DNA from: a virus
IMG/VR virus record: IMGVR_UViG_3300044819_000016
Span: 19,042 to 83,041 of that record
Reading direction: 5' to 3' (one strand)
DNA: 64,000 bases
The translations under genes and the position numbers were made by a program. How positions within the stretch are numbered: position 1 is the stretch's first letter; each line of letters opens with the position of its first letter. Of the stretch, positions 1 through 10,063 are shown in pieces. The notes beneath the pieces are model-generated. The model searched no databases and had not been told where the DNA came from. It worked only from the letters and a program-made list of their open reading frames with translations.

Positions 1-765
1 GCGCAACCAGACTTCTCAGACCTCACCGGCACCGCGGCGCTCGCCCAACTTCCTGCCGTCCTGATCAATGTCCAGGTCCTGACGTCGGGCGTTGGCGCGA
101 CGTACACCCCGACCTCGGGGACAAAGGTACAGATCGTGGAAGGTGTCGGCGGCGGCGGCGGCGGCGGAGGCACATCAAGCACTGCCGGTGGCGCAGGCAT
201 TTCGATCTACGCCGGAGGCGGCGGAGGCGGCGGCGGCGGCTATTTTCGTCGGCGCTACACGATCACGACAACCGGAACCTACACAATAGGCGCTGCTGGA
301 AGTGCAGGCGCTGCTGGAGGCAACGGTGGCAACGGTGGCAACACGACATTCACAGACGGATCGAATCTTTGCACGGGAAGTGGCGGCAGCGGCGGCGGCG
401 GAATGGCGAGCGCCGCATTGATCACGGCTGGCGTAGCCAGTGGCGGCAACGGCGGAGGTTCGAGCGGCGGAAATGTGAATATCGGAGGACAGGGCGGCGG
501 CGCCGGAGTCCGCCTTGGAGCTGGACTTGGCACTACATCAGGGACGCCGATCGGCGGACACAGTGGAGTCGGCGGGGCCTCCATCCTCGGAGGCAGTACG
601 CAAGCTGCCATAAACGCAAACCTCTCCACCGTGAACATTGGGGGAACCACTGGATTCGGAGCCGGCTGCTCCGGCAATAGCCAGTGCTCAAATGTCAACA
701 CGGCATCGAGCACCGCCGCCGCCGCTGGTGGCGCGGGCGGAATCATCGTCTGGGAGTTCGCATGA
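1..765 (+). CDS. Gly-rich tail fibre-like protein, 5'-truncated by the window
   Basis: Frame is open from base 1. Gly-rich domain (GGGGGGG...GGNGGNTTF...GGIIVWEF) is paralogous to the C-terminus of the next gene. Confidence 0.7.
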   Translation, partial: AQPDFSDLTGTAALAQLPAVLINVQVLTSGVGATYTPTSGTKVQIVEGVGGGGGGGGTSSTAGGAGISIYAGGGGGGGGGYFRRRYTITTTGTYTIGAAGSAGAAGGNGGNGGNTTFTDGSNLCTGSGGSGGGGMASAALITAGVASGGNGGGSSGGNVNIGGQGGGAGVRLGAGLGTTSGTPIGGHSGVGGASILGGSTQAAINANLSTVNIGGTTGFGAGCSGNSQCSNVNTASSTAAAAGGAGGIIVWEFA

Positions 766-2423
766 TCGTCCTCAACACCACGTCGGACATCGTCCAGATC
801 ACGACGACGACGGCGAACGCCATCGACGTACACGTCACCTACGTCGACAACGTCACCGCCGCTCCGTACACCTCGGCTCGCCAGAACACCGCGATCGCAT
901 CGTCCACGACGACCACCGTCCTCTCATCGCCTGCCGCGTCCACACAGCGCCAGTTGAAGGTCCTGACCGCCGTGGCGAAGGGCGGTGCGAACGCCGTCAC
1001 GCCCAAGCTGTTTGACGGGACGACGACCTTCAACCTGTTCGGCAACGGAATTTCCCTCCTGCCGAATGAGACCCTCTCCTACGAGGACGCGCGCGGCTGG
1101 TTCGTGCTCGATGCCCTCGGCCAGGTAAAGCAGGTTGGCGCCACGGGCCCGACTGGCCCGACTGGCTCTCAGGGACTGACGGGGCCCGCTGGCTTCGCCT
1201 ACGAGCCCGAGGAGCCGCAGGAGCCTCTCCTCCTGCGCGGGATCCAGGGCCCGGTCGGTGGCCAAGGTCCCCAGGGCGTGAACGGACCCCCGGGCGGGTT
1301 CGGCTCTGACGGCGACGACGGAGCCGACCCGATGATGATCCCGGGCGTCCAGGGATTGCAGGGTATCCAGGGGCCGACCGGAATCACCGGGTCCCAGGGC
1401 GCGCCAGGGTTCGCGGTCCCTGGTGCCGACCCAGAGGAGCCCGAGGCCCCGTGGGTGTTCGGCTCTGGGTTCACCCAACTGACTGGCCCGGTCACCGCTG
1501 GTCCAGGGGCTGGCCCCCAGCAAACGGCTATCTCCACGAACGCCGTGGCGCTGACGAACCTCGCACAGATCGCGACGCTGACGCTCCTCGGGAACAACAC
1601 GGGCGGCACGGCGAACGTTCTGGCGCTGACGGCGGCTCAGGTGAAGACGCTCCTGGCAATCGCGTTCGGAGATGTCTCAGGGACGCTCGCCGCTACCCAG
1701 TTCCCGGCGCTCACTGGAGCTGTCACGTCTGTCGCGGGCGGCCTTGCGACGTCGGTTGGCACGATTCCAGGGCGGTACGTGGCAACCCAGGTGTTGACCT
1801 CTGGCACGACCTACACCCCGACAAACGGCACAGTGAACAAGCAGATCGTGAGGGGATGGGCCGGCGGCGGCGGCGGCGGCGGTGTGACGACGGTGGGCAC
1901 GACGAACGCATTCGGCGGAGGCGGCGCGAGTGGGGGTTACTTCCAGCGCGTTTACAACATCACGACCACTGGCACCTATGCCATCGGGGGCGGAGGGAGC
2001 GCGGGGGCGAACACCGGCGGCACCGGCGGCACCGGCGGCAACACCACATTCACGGACGGAACGACCCTCTGCACCGCCAATGGTGGCCACGGAGGCGTCG
2101 GTATGACAGCCGCGAACACGAACTTGGTTGCGCTTGGTGGGGCGGCTCCATCTGCGAGCACCAACGGCAACGTCAATGGCACGGGCTCCCCGGGTGGCTA
2201 CGGTTTCCGGCTTGTCGGCGCCGTCGCAGGCGATGGCGTCTCGGGCTTCGGGGCGAGTTCCGGGTTTGGCGGAGGCGGCACGGCGAAGAACGCCGGAGGC
2301 GCCGGGGCCAACGCGACGGGGTTCGCCTCCGGAGGGGGCGGCGCTGCGCAAGTAGCCAATTCAGGGGCTGCGGTCGGCGGCACAGGCTCGGCAGGCATAA
2401 TCATCGTGGACGAATTCACGTAA
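762..2423 (+). CDS. Tail fibre-like protein with collagen G-X-Y repeats and C-terminal Gly-rich domain
   Basis: ATGA overlap with the previous stop; GPTGPTGSQG and GIQGPVGGQGPQG repeats; ends AGIIIVDEFT. Confidence 0.75.
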   Translation: MIVLNTTSDIVQITTTTANAIDVHVTYVDNVTAAPYTSARQNTAIASSTTTTVLSSPAASTQRQLKVLTAVAKGGANAVTPKLFDGTTTFNLFGNGISLLPNETLSYEDARGWFVLDALGQVKQVGATGPTGPTGSQGLTGPAGFAYEPEEPQEPLLLRGIQGPVGGQGPQGVNGPPGGFGSDGDDGADPMMIPGVQGLQGIQGPTGITGSQGAPGFAVPGADPEEPEAPWVFGSGFTQLTGPVTAGPGAGPQQTAISTNAVALTNLAQIATLTLLGNNTGGTANVLALTAAQVKTLLAIAFGDVSGTLAATQFPALTGAVTSVAGGLATSVGTIPGRYVATQVLTSGTTYTPTNGTVNKQIVRGWAGGGGGGGVTTVGTTNAFGGGGASGGYFQRVYNITTTGTYAIGGGGSAGANTGGTGGTGGNTTFTDGTTLCTANGGHGGVGMTAANTNLVALGGAAPSASTNGNVNGTGSPGGYGFRLVGAVAGDGVSGFGASSGFGGGGTAKNAGGAGANATGFASGGGGAAQVANSGAAVGGTGSAGIIIVDEFT

Positions 2424-2437
2424 GAACAGGAGACCCC

Positions 2438-2650
2438 ATGGACCCCACTGTCACGATCCCAATCACCGAGTATGAGACCCTGATCGCCATCGTCTCGCGC
2501 CTGCGCTCCCTCCGGAAGCTTGGGCTAAAACACCGCTTCAACGCCGAGGGCAATCCTGAGTCGTATCCCGACACCGAAACCACCCCCCTCCAGCACGCCC
2601 AGGTGAACCTCGATCAGGTCATCGAGGCGGCCATGAGAGCCGGGTTCTGA
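2438..2650 (+). CDS. Hypothetical protein
   Basis: AGGAG RBS before ATG (MDPTVTIP...); fills the intergenic gap. Confidence 0.6.
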   Translation: MDPTVTIPITEYETLIAIVSRLRSLRKLGLKHRFNAEGNPESYPDTETTPLQHAQVNLDQVIEAAMRAGF

Positions 2651-2666
2651 TCGGTCTGGCCAGGAC

Positions 2667-3005
2667 ATGGCAACAGCAAAATCCCGACTCGTAGGCCCGA
2701 CCCAGGTGGCCACCGGCCCCACGACCGTCTTGACGGCTGGTGCCCTTGAACAGTGTGTCATTCAGATGATCATGGTCTCGAATCCGAGCGCCTCGGCCAT
2801 CAACTTCTCGCTCTCGATCGGCGCCGACGCCGCCGCGACCCGGATCATCGGGACGAACGCGACGGTAGGCAATATCGCCGCGAACAGCGTCCAGCAGTTC
2901 TACGGGTCCTGGCCCGTCCAGCCGACTGAGATCGTGACCATCTCGGCGTCCACCGGCGCCGTCCTGGTCTGCGTGATCACCGGCGAGCGACGCACCCTCG
3001 GGTAA
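2667..3005 (+). CDS. Small beta-rich putative virion protein
   Basis: 112 aa ORF with AGGA RBS in structural context. Confidence 0.6.
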   Translation: MATAKSRLVGPTQVATGPTTVLTAGALEQCVIQMIMVSNPSASAINFSLSIGADAAATRIIGTNATVGNIAANSVQQFYGSWPVQPTEIVTISASTGAVLVCVITGERRTLG

Positions 3006-3019
3006 ACTAGGGGCCAATT

Positions 3020-3208
3020 GTGGACCCTCACGACTCCCATTCCTCGCCGCCGGGGAACTTCCAGCAGATCCTGGAGGTGTTCCCGGTGGCGACCCCGACC
3101 GGCCTCAATGATCTCGTCACGGCGTGCATCGGGGCGACGTTTGCCGACCAACTCCTCGCCGTCGAGGTCTACATGGGGGGCGCCGGACTGATGCCTCCGG
3201 TGTCGTAA
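3020..3208 (+). CDS. Hypothetical protein
   Basis: 62 aa ORF filling the gap; GTG start uncertain. Confidence 0.4.
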   Translation: MDPHDSHSSPPGNFQQILEVFPVATPTGLNDLVTACIGATFADQLLAVEVYMGGAGLMPPVS

Positions 3209-3213
3209 GCCAG

Positions 3214-6200
3214 TTGGGGGCGGGCCTCACAAAGCAGCTGATCCCGCTGTTCGTTGGCGGCGGTGTCGACACCAAGACGGATCCCCGTCTCGTCGGAACC
3301 GCTTCGAACGCCGTCGGTACCTCGACGCCGAACGGGGCCCTCCTCCAACTCGACAACATGTTCATGGCTCGCACCGGCGAGCTTCGGCTCCGGAGCGGGT
3401 TCAACAACTTCTCCGGGAGTGCCTACTCGTCTGGTGTCGGCGGATCCATCTACGGGATTTTCCCTGCCGGACAGGGAAAACTCGGCTGCTATTACCAGCA
3501 GTCAGGCGTTCGCCGTGGCGCCCAGTTTCACATAGGCGCCCTTCCGTGGGACTCGACCAGCCTTAGCTCCGTTTCGTCGGCCCTCAACCAGAACGGGATC
3601 ATCGCTCCGCAAGGCGGAGTCTTCCCGATCGGACCTTCGAGCCCTGCTGACGTCAACGTTCGCGCCGTCGATTGCGCCTATGCCAACGGCTGGGTCATCT
3701 ACGGCTGGCGGAACAACAACAACGACAATTTTTGGGCGGTCAACAAGCTGTCAGATGGGCTGTCACTCAATGGCGCGACGGTAGGATTCAGCCCACCATG
3801 GTCGGTCTCCACTGCGACGAACGCCAAAAGCACCGTCACCTCAGCCAACAATAAATACCTCGTCTATATCGCCCCGGAAGCCACGACCAACAAGGTCAAA
3901 CTCCTGGTGACAGACGTGGTCGGGAATACCGTCTCCTCTGCCGTCGACGTCTCGACGTCGATCAGCGCCCCGATTGGCGGCGCGAACATCATCTGCGCGC
4001 GGGCCCGCGCCTCCGGCAGCAATTCCATCATCATCGCGTGGACGCTCGCTGCCGCGAACAGCGTGAAGGTGATCGAGTTCGACTGCTCGACGCTCTCCAT
4101 CGTCACCTCGAACACGGTCACGGCGGACGCCTCCCAGACCATAGGCTGGATCGGCGACCCAACCGGACAGACGAGCTACTACCTCGCAGCCGCCGGAGCG
4201 ACAAGTGGCGTCGTCGTCCGCCAGATCAATTCATCGCTCGCGGTCACGTCGATCGTCACCATTGACGCGACGGTTTCTGTCACCGTCGCGAACATCTGCG
4301 GGTACGTCACGGGCGCAAACTCCTATCGCTGTGTCTGGGATCGAATCGCATCCGGGACGCTCCCGGCTATCGGATGGAGCGACAGGATCATGTCCGGCAC
4401 TGTGGCATCCGGTACGCTGACTCAAGCGGCGACCCAGTCAGGTCTTGGGTTCTCCATCGTCTCCGACGTCTTTGGGATCACGACAGCATCGGGCGACACG
4501 AATCAGTACATCGTCGCTGCGTTCACCTCTCCGACCCAGTCGACTTACGTTGTCCTGTGGATCGGGATGTCGACAGTCAACAACGACTCCGACCACGAAT
4601 TCCGATTCGTCTCGTCCTTCTGCCAGGGAACCGCGAGCCAGGTCCGCCGCGGGACTGGTGCAAAAGCCTCGATCGCGATGATCAATGCGAATAGGAAAAT
4701 GATCGTCCTGGAGCAGGTGACTCGGATTCCAGGCATCGGCGGGACCGGGGGGTATGCCTTCCAGCAGACGTCTGGACACCCGGTGAATTTCTTCGAGATC
4801 AATGGATATGCGAATGGCTTAGCCAACGTCCAGAACGGCCTTTACAATCCCGTCGAGATTGGCGGCACGACGTATCTCCCGGGCGGCTTCATGATGCAGG
4901 GTACGTCCGGGGCAAATCTAATTGCCGCTCAGCACGTGGTTTCGCCGGAGCCTGTTCAGTCGCTTATCGTAAACTCTGGGTCCGGCAATCTAACGCCGTC
5001 GGCGACCTACCAATATTGCTACGTCTACGTGTTCACGAATGCCGACGGATCGATCATCCGCTCCGCGCCCTCCGTCCCTGTGAGCGTCTCAACCGGAGTC
5101 GCCGCCAACTGGACGGCCAACGGAAACCTGATCTGCGAACGTTGGAACGGTCAATTCCAGGGCGATGGGGTCGCTACGATCGAGGTATATCGCGCCGGTG
5201 GAACTGCCGGATCTGTCACTTTCAACAAGGTTCTCACGCTCCCGAATCCGTCTGGGAATGACACGGTGAATTTCAATGACGCCGTCGCCGATACCGTCGC
5301 GGCAACGGGCGAGATTCTCTACACGACCGGCGGTGTCCTCGATAACCTGCCGGCTCCGCCATGCAAGCTGATGGTCGCTAACAACGGGCGTGGCTGGGTA
5401 GTCAATTCCGAGAACCCGACCGAGCTTTGGTTCTCGAAGCAGCGGAAGGTCGGCGAGGGGCTCTACTTCCATCCCCTTCTCCGCATCCTGATCACCGGCG
5501 ACGGGTTCGGCGCGATCACTGGGCTATCCGCGATGGATGGCCGCGTGGTGGTCTTCAAGTCCAATGCGATCTACGTGATCTCGGGTGATGGCCCGGACGA
5601 CACGGGGGCGGGCTCGTTCAACGTTCCCCAAGCCGTCAGTTTGTCGATGGGCTGCCAGAACCCGGCGAGCATCGTCCTCTCGGACGCCGGGATCTTGTTC
5701 CAGAACGAACAGGGGATTTTTCTCCTCGATCGCGGCTTGAACCTGACGTATATCGGCTCCCCGGTTGAGGCGTACACGTTCGCCGAGTGGATCGTCGGTG
5801 CATCTCTCGTCGATGCCTACACCCAGGTCAGGTTTGTGACCCCGAGCGGACGCTGCCTCGTCTACGACTACTTCCAAAAGCGGTGGTACTCGTGGCTCCT
5901 CCGGTCGGACACCAACGGGGTCATCTCTCCGGTTGTCGGCTGCGCCCAGGTCCCCTACAGGAACTGGGTCTATGCGCTGGCGGACGGGTCGATCTTCGAG
6001 GAGACGCCCGGTATCTGGCAGGACGTCAACGTCATCACGACGGCCATAATCCCGGTCATCCTGTTCCCCCAGGTCAACACCGGAGGGATCAATGGCTTCC
6101 AGCGCGTCTACTGCATGCAACTCGAAGGCGCCTACCTCGGGGATCACACGCTCCAGGTGTCGGCGGTCTACGACCTCGGGGCGAACACGGAGCCGACCAG

Positions 6201-6390
6201 GTCCCTGGCGATCACCAGCGGCCCGTTCCAGTACGAGGTGTTCTTCGCGAACCCGAAGTGCTCGACCATCCAGGTCCAGCTGACGTCGAACCACGCCGCC
6301 GGCTCCGGGGCGTTCATACTCACTGCGGCATCCCTCTGGGTCGGAGTGAAGCGCGGGAGCCAGTTCGCCGCGTCGAAGAGACTCGTCTGA
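3214..6390 (+). CDS. Large tail structural protein (podovirus tail tubular B/nozzle-like); start uncertain
   Basis: About 1060 aa, beta-rich. C-terminal half (ELWFSK, GAITGLSAMDGRVVVFKSNAIY, GILFQNEQGIFLLDRG, CLVYDY) resembles beta-propeller tail stabilisation proteins. Confidence 0.6.
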   Translation: MGAGLTKQLIPLFVGGGVDTKTDPRLVGTASNAVGTSTPNGALLQLDNMFMARTGELRLRSGFNNFSGSAYSSGVGGSIYGIFPAGQGKLGCYYQQSGVRRGAQFHIGALPWDSTSLSSVSSALNQNGIIAPQGGVFPIGPSSPADVNVRAVDCAYANGWVIYGWRNNNNDNFWAVNKLSDGLSLNGATVGFSPPWSVSTATNAKSTVTSANNKYLVYIAPEATTNKVKLLVTDVVGNTVSSAVDVSTSISAPIGGANIICARARASGSNSIIIAWTLAAANSVKVIEFDCSTLSIVTSNTVTADASQTIGWIGDPTGQTSYYLAAAGATSGVVVRQINSSLAVTSIVTIDATVSVTVANICGYVTGANSYRCVWDRIASGTLPAIGWSDRIMSGTVASGTLTQAATQSGLGFSIVSDVFGITTASGDTNQYIVAAFTSPTQSTYVVLWIGMSTVNNDSDHEFRFVSSFCQGTASQVRRGTGAKASIAMINANRKMIVLEQVTRIPGIGGTGGYAFQQTSGHPVNFFEINGYANGLANVQNGLYNPVEIGGTTYLPGGFMMQGTSGANLIAAQHVVSPEPVQSLIVNSGSGNLTPSATYQYCYVYVFTNADGSIIRSAPSVPVSVSTGVAANWTANGNLICERWNGQFQGDGVATIEVYRAGGTAGSVTFNKVLTLPNPSGNDTVNFNDAVADTVAATGEILYTTGGVLDNLPAPPCKLMVANNGRGWVVNSENPTELWFSKQRKVGEGLYFHPLLRILITGDGFGAITGLSAMDGRVVVFKSNAIYVISGDGPDDTGAGSFNVPQAVSLSMGCQNPASIVLSDAGILFQNEQGIFLLDRGLNLTYIGSPVEAYTFAEWIVGASLVDAYTQVRFVTPSGRCLVYDYFQKRWYSWLLRSDTNGVISPVVGCAQVPYRNWVYALADGSIFEETPGIWQDVNVITTAIIPVILFPQVNTGGINGFQRVYCMQLEGAYLGDHTLQVSAVYDLGANTEPTRSLAITSGPFQYEVFFANPKCSTIQVQLTSNHAAGSGAFILTAASLWVGVKRGSQFAASKRLV

Positions 6391-6545
6391 TGCCTATCGA
6401 CTACGGTGATTCCCCCGAGGCGTTCAAGCGCAACATTCACACGCTTTCGAACGACAAGAAGCCCGACGGATCCCCTAAGTTCAGCCGGGCACAGATCGTG
6501 GCGATCGCCTATCGGGCGCGGCGCTCCAAGCGACCCAAGAAGTAG
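6390..6545 (+). CDS. Small basic phage protein (MP...NI...QIVAIAY type)
   Basis: 51 aa basic ORF with TGATG overlap; resembles a common short phage family with a QAVAIA motif. Confidence 0.55.
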   Translation: MPIDYGDSPEAFKRNIHTLSNDKKPDGSPKFSRAQIVAIAYRARRSKRPKK

Positions 6546-6569
6546 GGGCCTGATCGGGCTGGCCACGGT

Positions 6570-9524
6570 ATGGCCGTCAACCAACCGCCGGTGAAGTCGC
6601 TACCCCGCACCGTCGCGTCCCCGCAGCCGATTTTTCCTTCAGGTACCTCCGGCGGAGGAACACCTGCGGCCACGTCTATGCCGCAGTCTACGGCCACATC
6701 TGGGGCCTATCCTGTCGGGTCAAAGTACACCCCCGGAAGCTTTACCTACACCTCCGGAACCGGAACGGCATACGGGCTCACCAAAGCAGATGCTGGGAAC
6801 GGGAATTCATATTACGAATACCCGGACGGAAGTCGGACTCTCGTCGGACCCGACGGCACTGTGCTCGGCAACCAGGCGCCGAGCAGTCCGACACCTGGAG
6901 GAACGCCAAGTTCCACCGGGGGGCCCGTTCAGTACCCGCCGGGGTGGGACCCAACCAAGGGAACATCGGTCAACTCTGACGGGACCGTCAGGAATGCTGA
7001 TTATGGAACCAACCCGGATGGGACAGTTTCGGCAAGCACCGCGCAGGGCGTGCAGCAGGCGCTGGCAGCTGGCTACCCGCTCAACAAGATCCAGGTCCCC
7101 GTCGTTTCCGATGGCTTCAACGGTGGGCCTCCGACGACGACCTACACCACCGCCGACAAAGGCGGAATCCTCGATCCGAACGACGGCAAGACCCACACCC
7201 TGAGTTCCACCGGAGTCGAAGGCGGAACGCCGGCACCGAAGAACCTCCTCGATGCACTTGGATCCGGCGTCCCCTTCGTAAGCCCTGTTCTCGCCGCCGG
7301 TACTGGACTCGTTACCGACGTCGCCAACAAAGTCGCCGGCCTGCTTCCCCCAACTTCCGGTGGATCTGGAGGCGCCGCTCCGACGGTGGCGAATGGACCG
7401 GCAATCTCTGCCGCGATCACGGCAGCCCAGAACCAGGCGGACGCCGCGCAGAACGCCGCCAACAACTATCAGCCGATCTCGTCGCCGACCATCGGCTACG
7501 TCCCCGCGACTCAGGCCGGTCACGCCACGGCTGGCGTCTCCCAGGGCTATGGCGCCACCGGCGGAGTCTCCCAGGGCTATGCCGCCGCCGCCGGCCAGGT
7601 CGGCGCCTATCAGGCTGCCCCCTACACCGCGCCGATCCAGGCTGGTCACGCGACCGCTGGAGTCGCCACGGCGGGGCAGATCGCCTCGACGGCCCTCGCC
7701 GCCAAGCAACAGGCGATCGTCGCGCAGCAGATCCAGGCGGCCCTCGTCGCCCAGCAGCCTGCCATCCAGGCCCAGCAGGTCACGGCGGCCCAGGCCGGGC
7801 GGACCATCGTCGGCCCCACCGCGCTCGCCGACCAGTCCCAGATCGCTCCGGTGGATCTGGCCGGCAACACGACCATCGACCAGGGCGAATCCGAGCAGGC
7901 CCGCGCCGCTCAGACCGACCTGATTGGCCAACTCCAGGGCACGATCGCGGGCACTTCTCCGTCCGTCGCCGCCATCATGCTCCGCCAGGAGACGGAGCGG
8001 AACATCGCGAGCCAGTACGCCCTCGGCGCCGCCGCCAGCGCACAGAACAGCGGGCTCGCCCAGCGGACGGCGATGATCAATGCCGCGAACCTGAACCAGC
8101 AGGCGATCGGCCAGCAGGCCCTTCTTCGCGCCCAGGAGATCGCGACCGCCCAGGGACTTCTCGGGACGACTGCCGGCGCCGAGCGGACCTCGGACATCAA
8201 CGTGGCCACGTCCCAGGCTGACCTCAGCCAGCAGGTCATCCTCGCGAACGCCGGGTTCACGAACACCCAGAACATGACCCAAGCCCAACTCGACCAGGCG
8301 GTCAAGTTGGCGAACGCTGGGTTCAAGAACACCGCGACCACGACCCAGGCCCAGCTCGATCAGGCAACCGCGGCCCTGAACGTCACGCAGGCGAACACCG
8401 TCAACCTCGCGAACGCGAAGAACGCCCTCGACGCCGCGACCACGAACGTCACCCTCGCCCAGCAGGCGATGCTCGCGAACCAGTCGGCCGAAAATGCGGC
8501 GCGCCTCGCGAACGCGCAGAACGCCCTCGCCGCCGCGACGACCAACGCCCAGCTTGCCCAGCAGGTCGAGCTTCAGAACGCAGCGGCCATCAACCAGACG
8601 AACACCACGAACGCGACGCTGTCGACGAACACGTCGATCGCGAACGCCGGGTACGCGACCCAGGCGTCCATCACGAACGCCAACAACATCACCTCGGCGA
8701 ACACGGCGTCTGCTCAGCTTGCGAACGCGATCTCAATCGCGAACGCGAACAACCAGAGCCAGATGCAGGTCGCCCAGGCCGCTGACACTACGAACGCGAA
8801 CATCGCGACCGCCGGCAACTTCACTCAGTCCTCGGTCGCGAACGCCAAGAACGCGACCGACGCGAGCATCGCATCGGCCCAAAACTACACCTCGTCCTCG
8901 GAGAACAACGCGACCAACGCGACGAACGCCTCCGAGAACAACGCGACGAACGAAACGAATGCCTCGATCAACACGGCGACGCTTGCGAACGCCGTGAACA
9001 TCAACAACGCATCGAACGCCGTGACGACCGCGGGCCAGAACATCACCGCGAAGCAGAACGCAGCCGGGAACGCAATCACTGCCGAGGGCAACGTCATCTC
9101 GGGTCAGGTCGGGATGGCGAACGCAGCCAACGGAGCGGTCTCGGCCGCCGCCGCTATGAAGGCCGCCAACAACAACGATCCGTCAAATCCGTTCAACATC
9201 ATAAAAAACATCCCGGTCCCAGGTTCCGATCGTCGCGGCAAAAAGGATATCAAAGATGCCGAGATGGACGTGAAGAAGCTGGTTGCTTCTCTCTCGGCAA
9301 AGAGCTTTGCCTACAAGGACACCTCGAAGCCAGGAACGGCTCCGGGTAGGCGTTGGGGAGTCATGGCACAGGATCTGGAAAAGACCTCTGCTGGAAAGTC
9401 CCTGGTCATGGAAACCCCAACCGGAAAGATGATCGATGCCTCTCAAGCTGTCATGACGGCGCTCGCTGCTCTCGGCCACGTCGCCAAGCGGCTCGACAAG
9501 GTCGAAAAGCGGGTGTCGCGATGA
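6570..9524 (+). CDS. Virion protein with Ala/Gln/Asn-rich helical repeats and C-terminal intramolecular chaperone (Peptidase S74-like) domain
   Basis: SDRRGKKDI...SFAYK...GVMAQDLEK...coiled-coil end is the S74/ICA signature. Confidence 0.7.
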   Translation: MAVNQPPVKSLPRTVASPQPIFPSGTSGGGTPAATSMPQSTATSGAYPVGSKYTPGSFTYTSGTGTAYGLTKADAGNGNSYYEYPDGSRTLVGPDGTVLGNQAPSSPTPGGTPSSTGGPVQYPPGWDPTKGTSVNSDGTVRNADYGTNPDGTVSASTAQGVQQALAAGYPLNKIQVPVVSDGFNGGPPTTTYTTADKGGILDPNDGKTHTLSSTGVEGGTPAPKNLLDALGSGVPFVSPVLAAGTGLVTDVANKVAGLLPPTSGGSGGAAPTVANGPAISAAITAAQNQADAAQNAANNYQPISSPTIGYVPATQAGHATAGVSQGYGATGGVSQGYAAAAGQVGAYQAAPYTAPIQAGHATAGVATAGQIASTALAAKQQAIVAQQIQAALVAQQPAIQAQQVTAAQAGRTIVGPTALADQSQIAPVDLAGNTTIDQGESEQARAAQTDLIGQLQGTIAGTSPSVAAIMLRQETERNIASQYALGAAASAQNSGLAQRTAMINAANLNQQAIGQQALLRAQEIATAQGLLGTTAGAERTSDINVATSQADLSQQVILANAGFTNTQNMTQAQLDQAVKLANAGFKNTATTTQAQLDQATAALNVTQANTVNLANAKNALDAATTNVTLAQQAMLANQSAENAARLANAQNALAAATTNAQLAQQVELQNAAAINQTNTTNATLSTNTSIANAGYATQASITNANNITSANTASAQLANAISIANANNQSQMQVAQAADTTNANIATAGNFTQSSVANAKNATDASIASAQNYTSSSENNATNATNASENNATNETNASINTATLANAVNINNASNAVTTAGQNITAKQNAAGNAITAEGNVISGQVGMANAANGAVSAAAAMKAANNNDPSNPFNIIKNIPVPGSDRRGKKDIKDAEMDVKKLVASLSAKSFAYKDTSKPGTAPGRRWGVMAQDLEKTSAGKSLVMETPTGKMIDASQAVMTALAALGHVAKRLDKVEKRVSR

Positions 9525-10063
9525 GGACCGGCTACCTCGATCGGGCGAGCGGCCAGTGGGTGGACACCGCGCCACCCGACCAACTCCCCGATCCGCCGCC
9601 CGAGCCGGTGGCGAATACGGCCCCGGCGATGAAAGCCGGTCCGAGCGGATCGACGCTCGCCCAGCGCGCCGCCGCGATCAAGGTCCTCCGGCACCCGGAC
9701 GCCACCCCGAAGGACATCGCCGCCGCCCGGACGACCCTCCTAGGGTTCACCCCACGCGAGGTCCAGGTCGGCGAGGATGGGCTCGTGCGGCCGATGCCGG
9801 GGCCAGTTGGCGGTCTCCCGGCGACGGCGCCCCCCGTCGCGCCGCCGCCCGCGCCGGGCGCCCCCGACATCAACGCCCAGCAGATGCCCCCGCCCGATGC
9901 CCCTGTGGATCTCCCCGGGATGCCGACCGTGAACGTCGGCGACGATGATCTCGTGCATCCGGCGCCCCCCGCAGCCGCCGCCCCCGATCCGACCACCATG
10001 ACCAAGGCGCAAAAGGCGCGAATGATCCAGGCCAACCGCCAGAAGAACATCGGAGCCCTCTAA
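9521..10063 (+). CDS. Pro-rich hypothetical protein (putative internal virion protein)
   Basis: ATGA overlap; C/G-ending codons; starts MRTGYLDRASGQW. Confidence 0.6.
   Translation: MRTGYLDRASGQWVDTAPPDQLPDPPPEPVANTAPAMKAGPSGSTLAQRAAAIKVLRHPDATPKDIAAARTTLLGFTPREVQVGEDGLVRPMPGPVGGLPATAPPVAPPPAPGAPDINAQQMPPPDAPVDLPGMPTVNVGDDDLVHPAPPAAAAPDPTTMTKAQKARMIQANRQKNIGAL

Noticed and set aside
3000-3020. GGGCCAATTG as another copy of the leaderless motif
   Set aside because: It has two mismatches and the distance to the candidate start does not fit the 7-nt rule; left uncalled.
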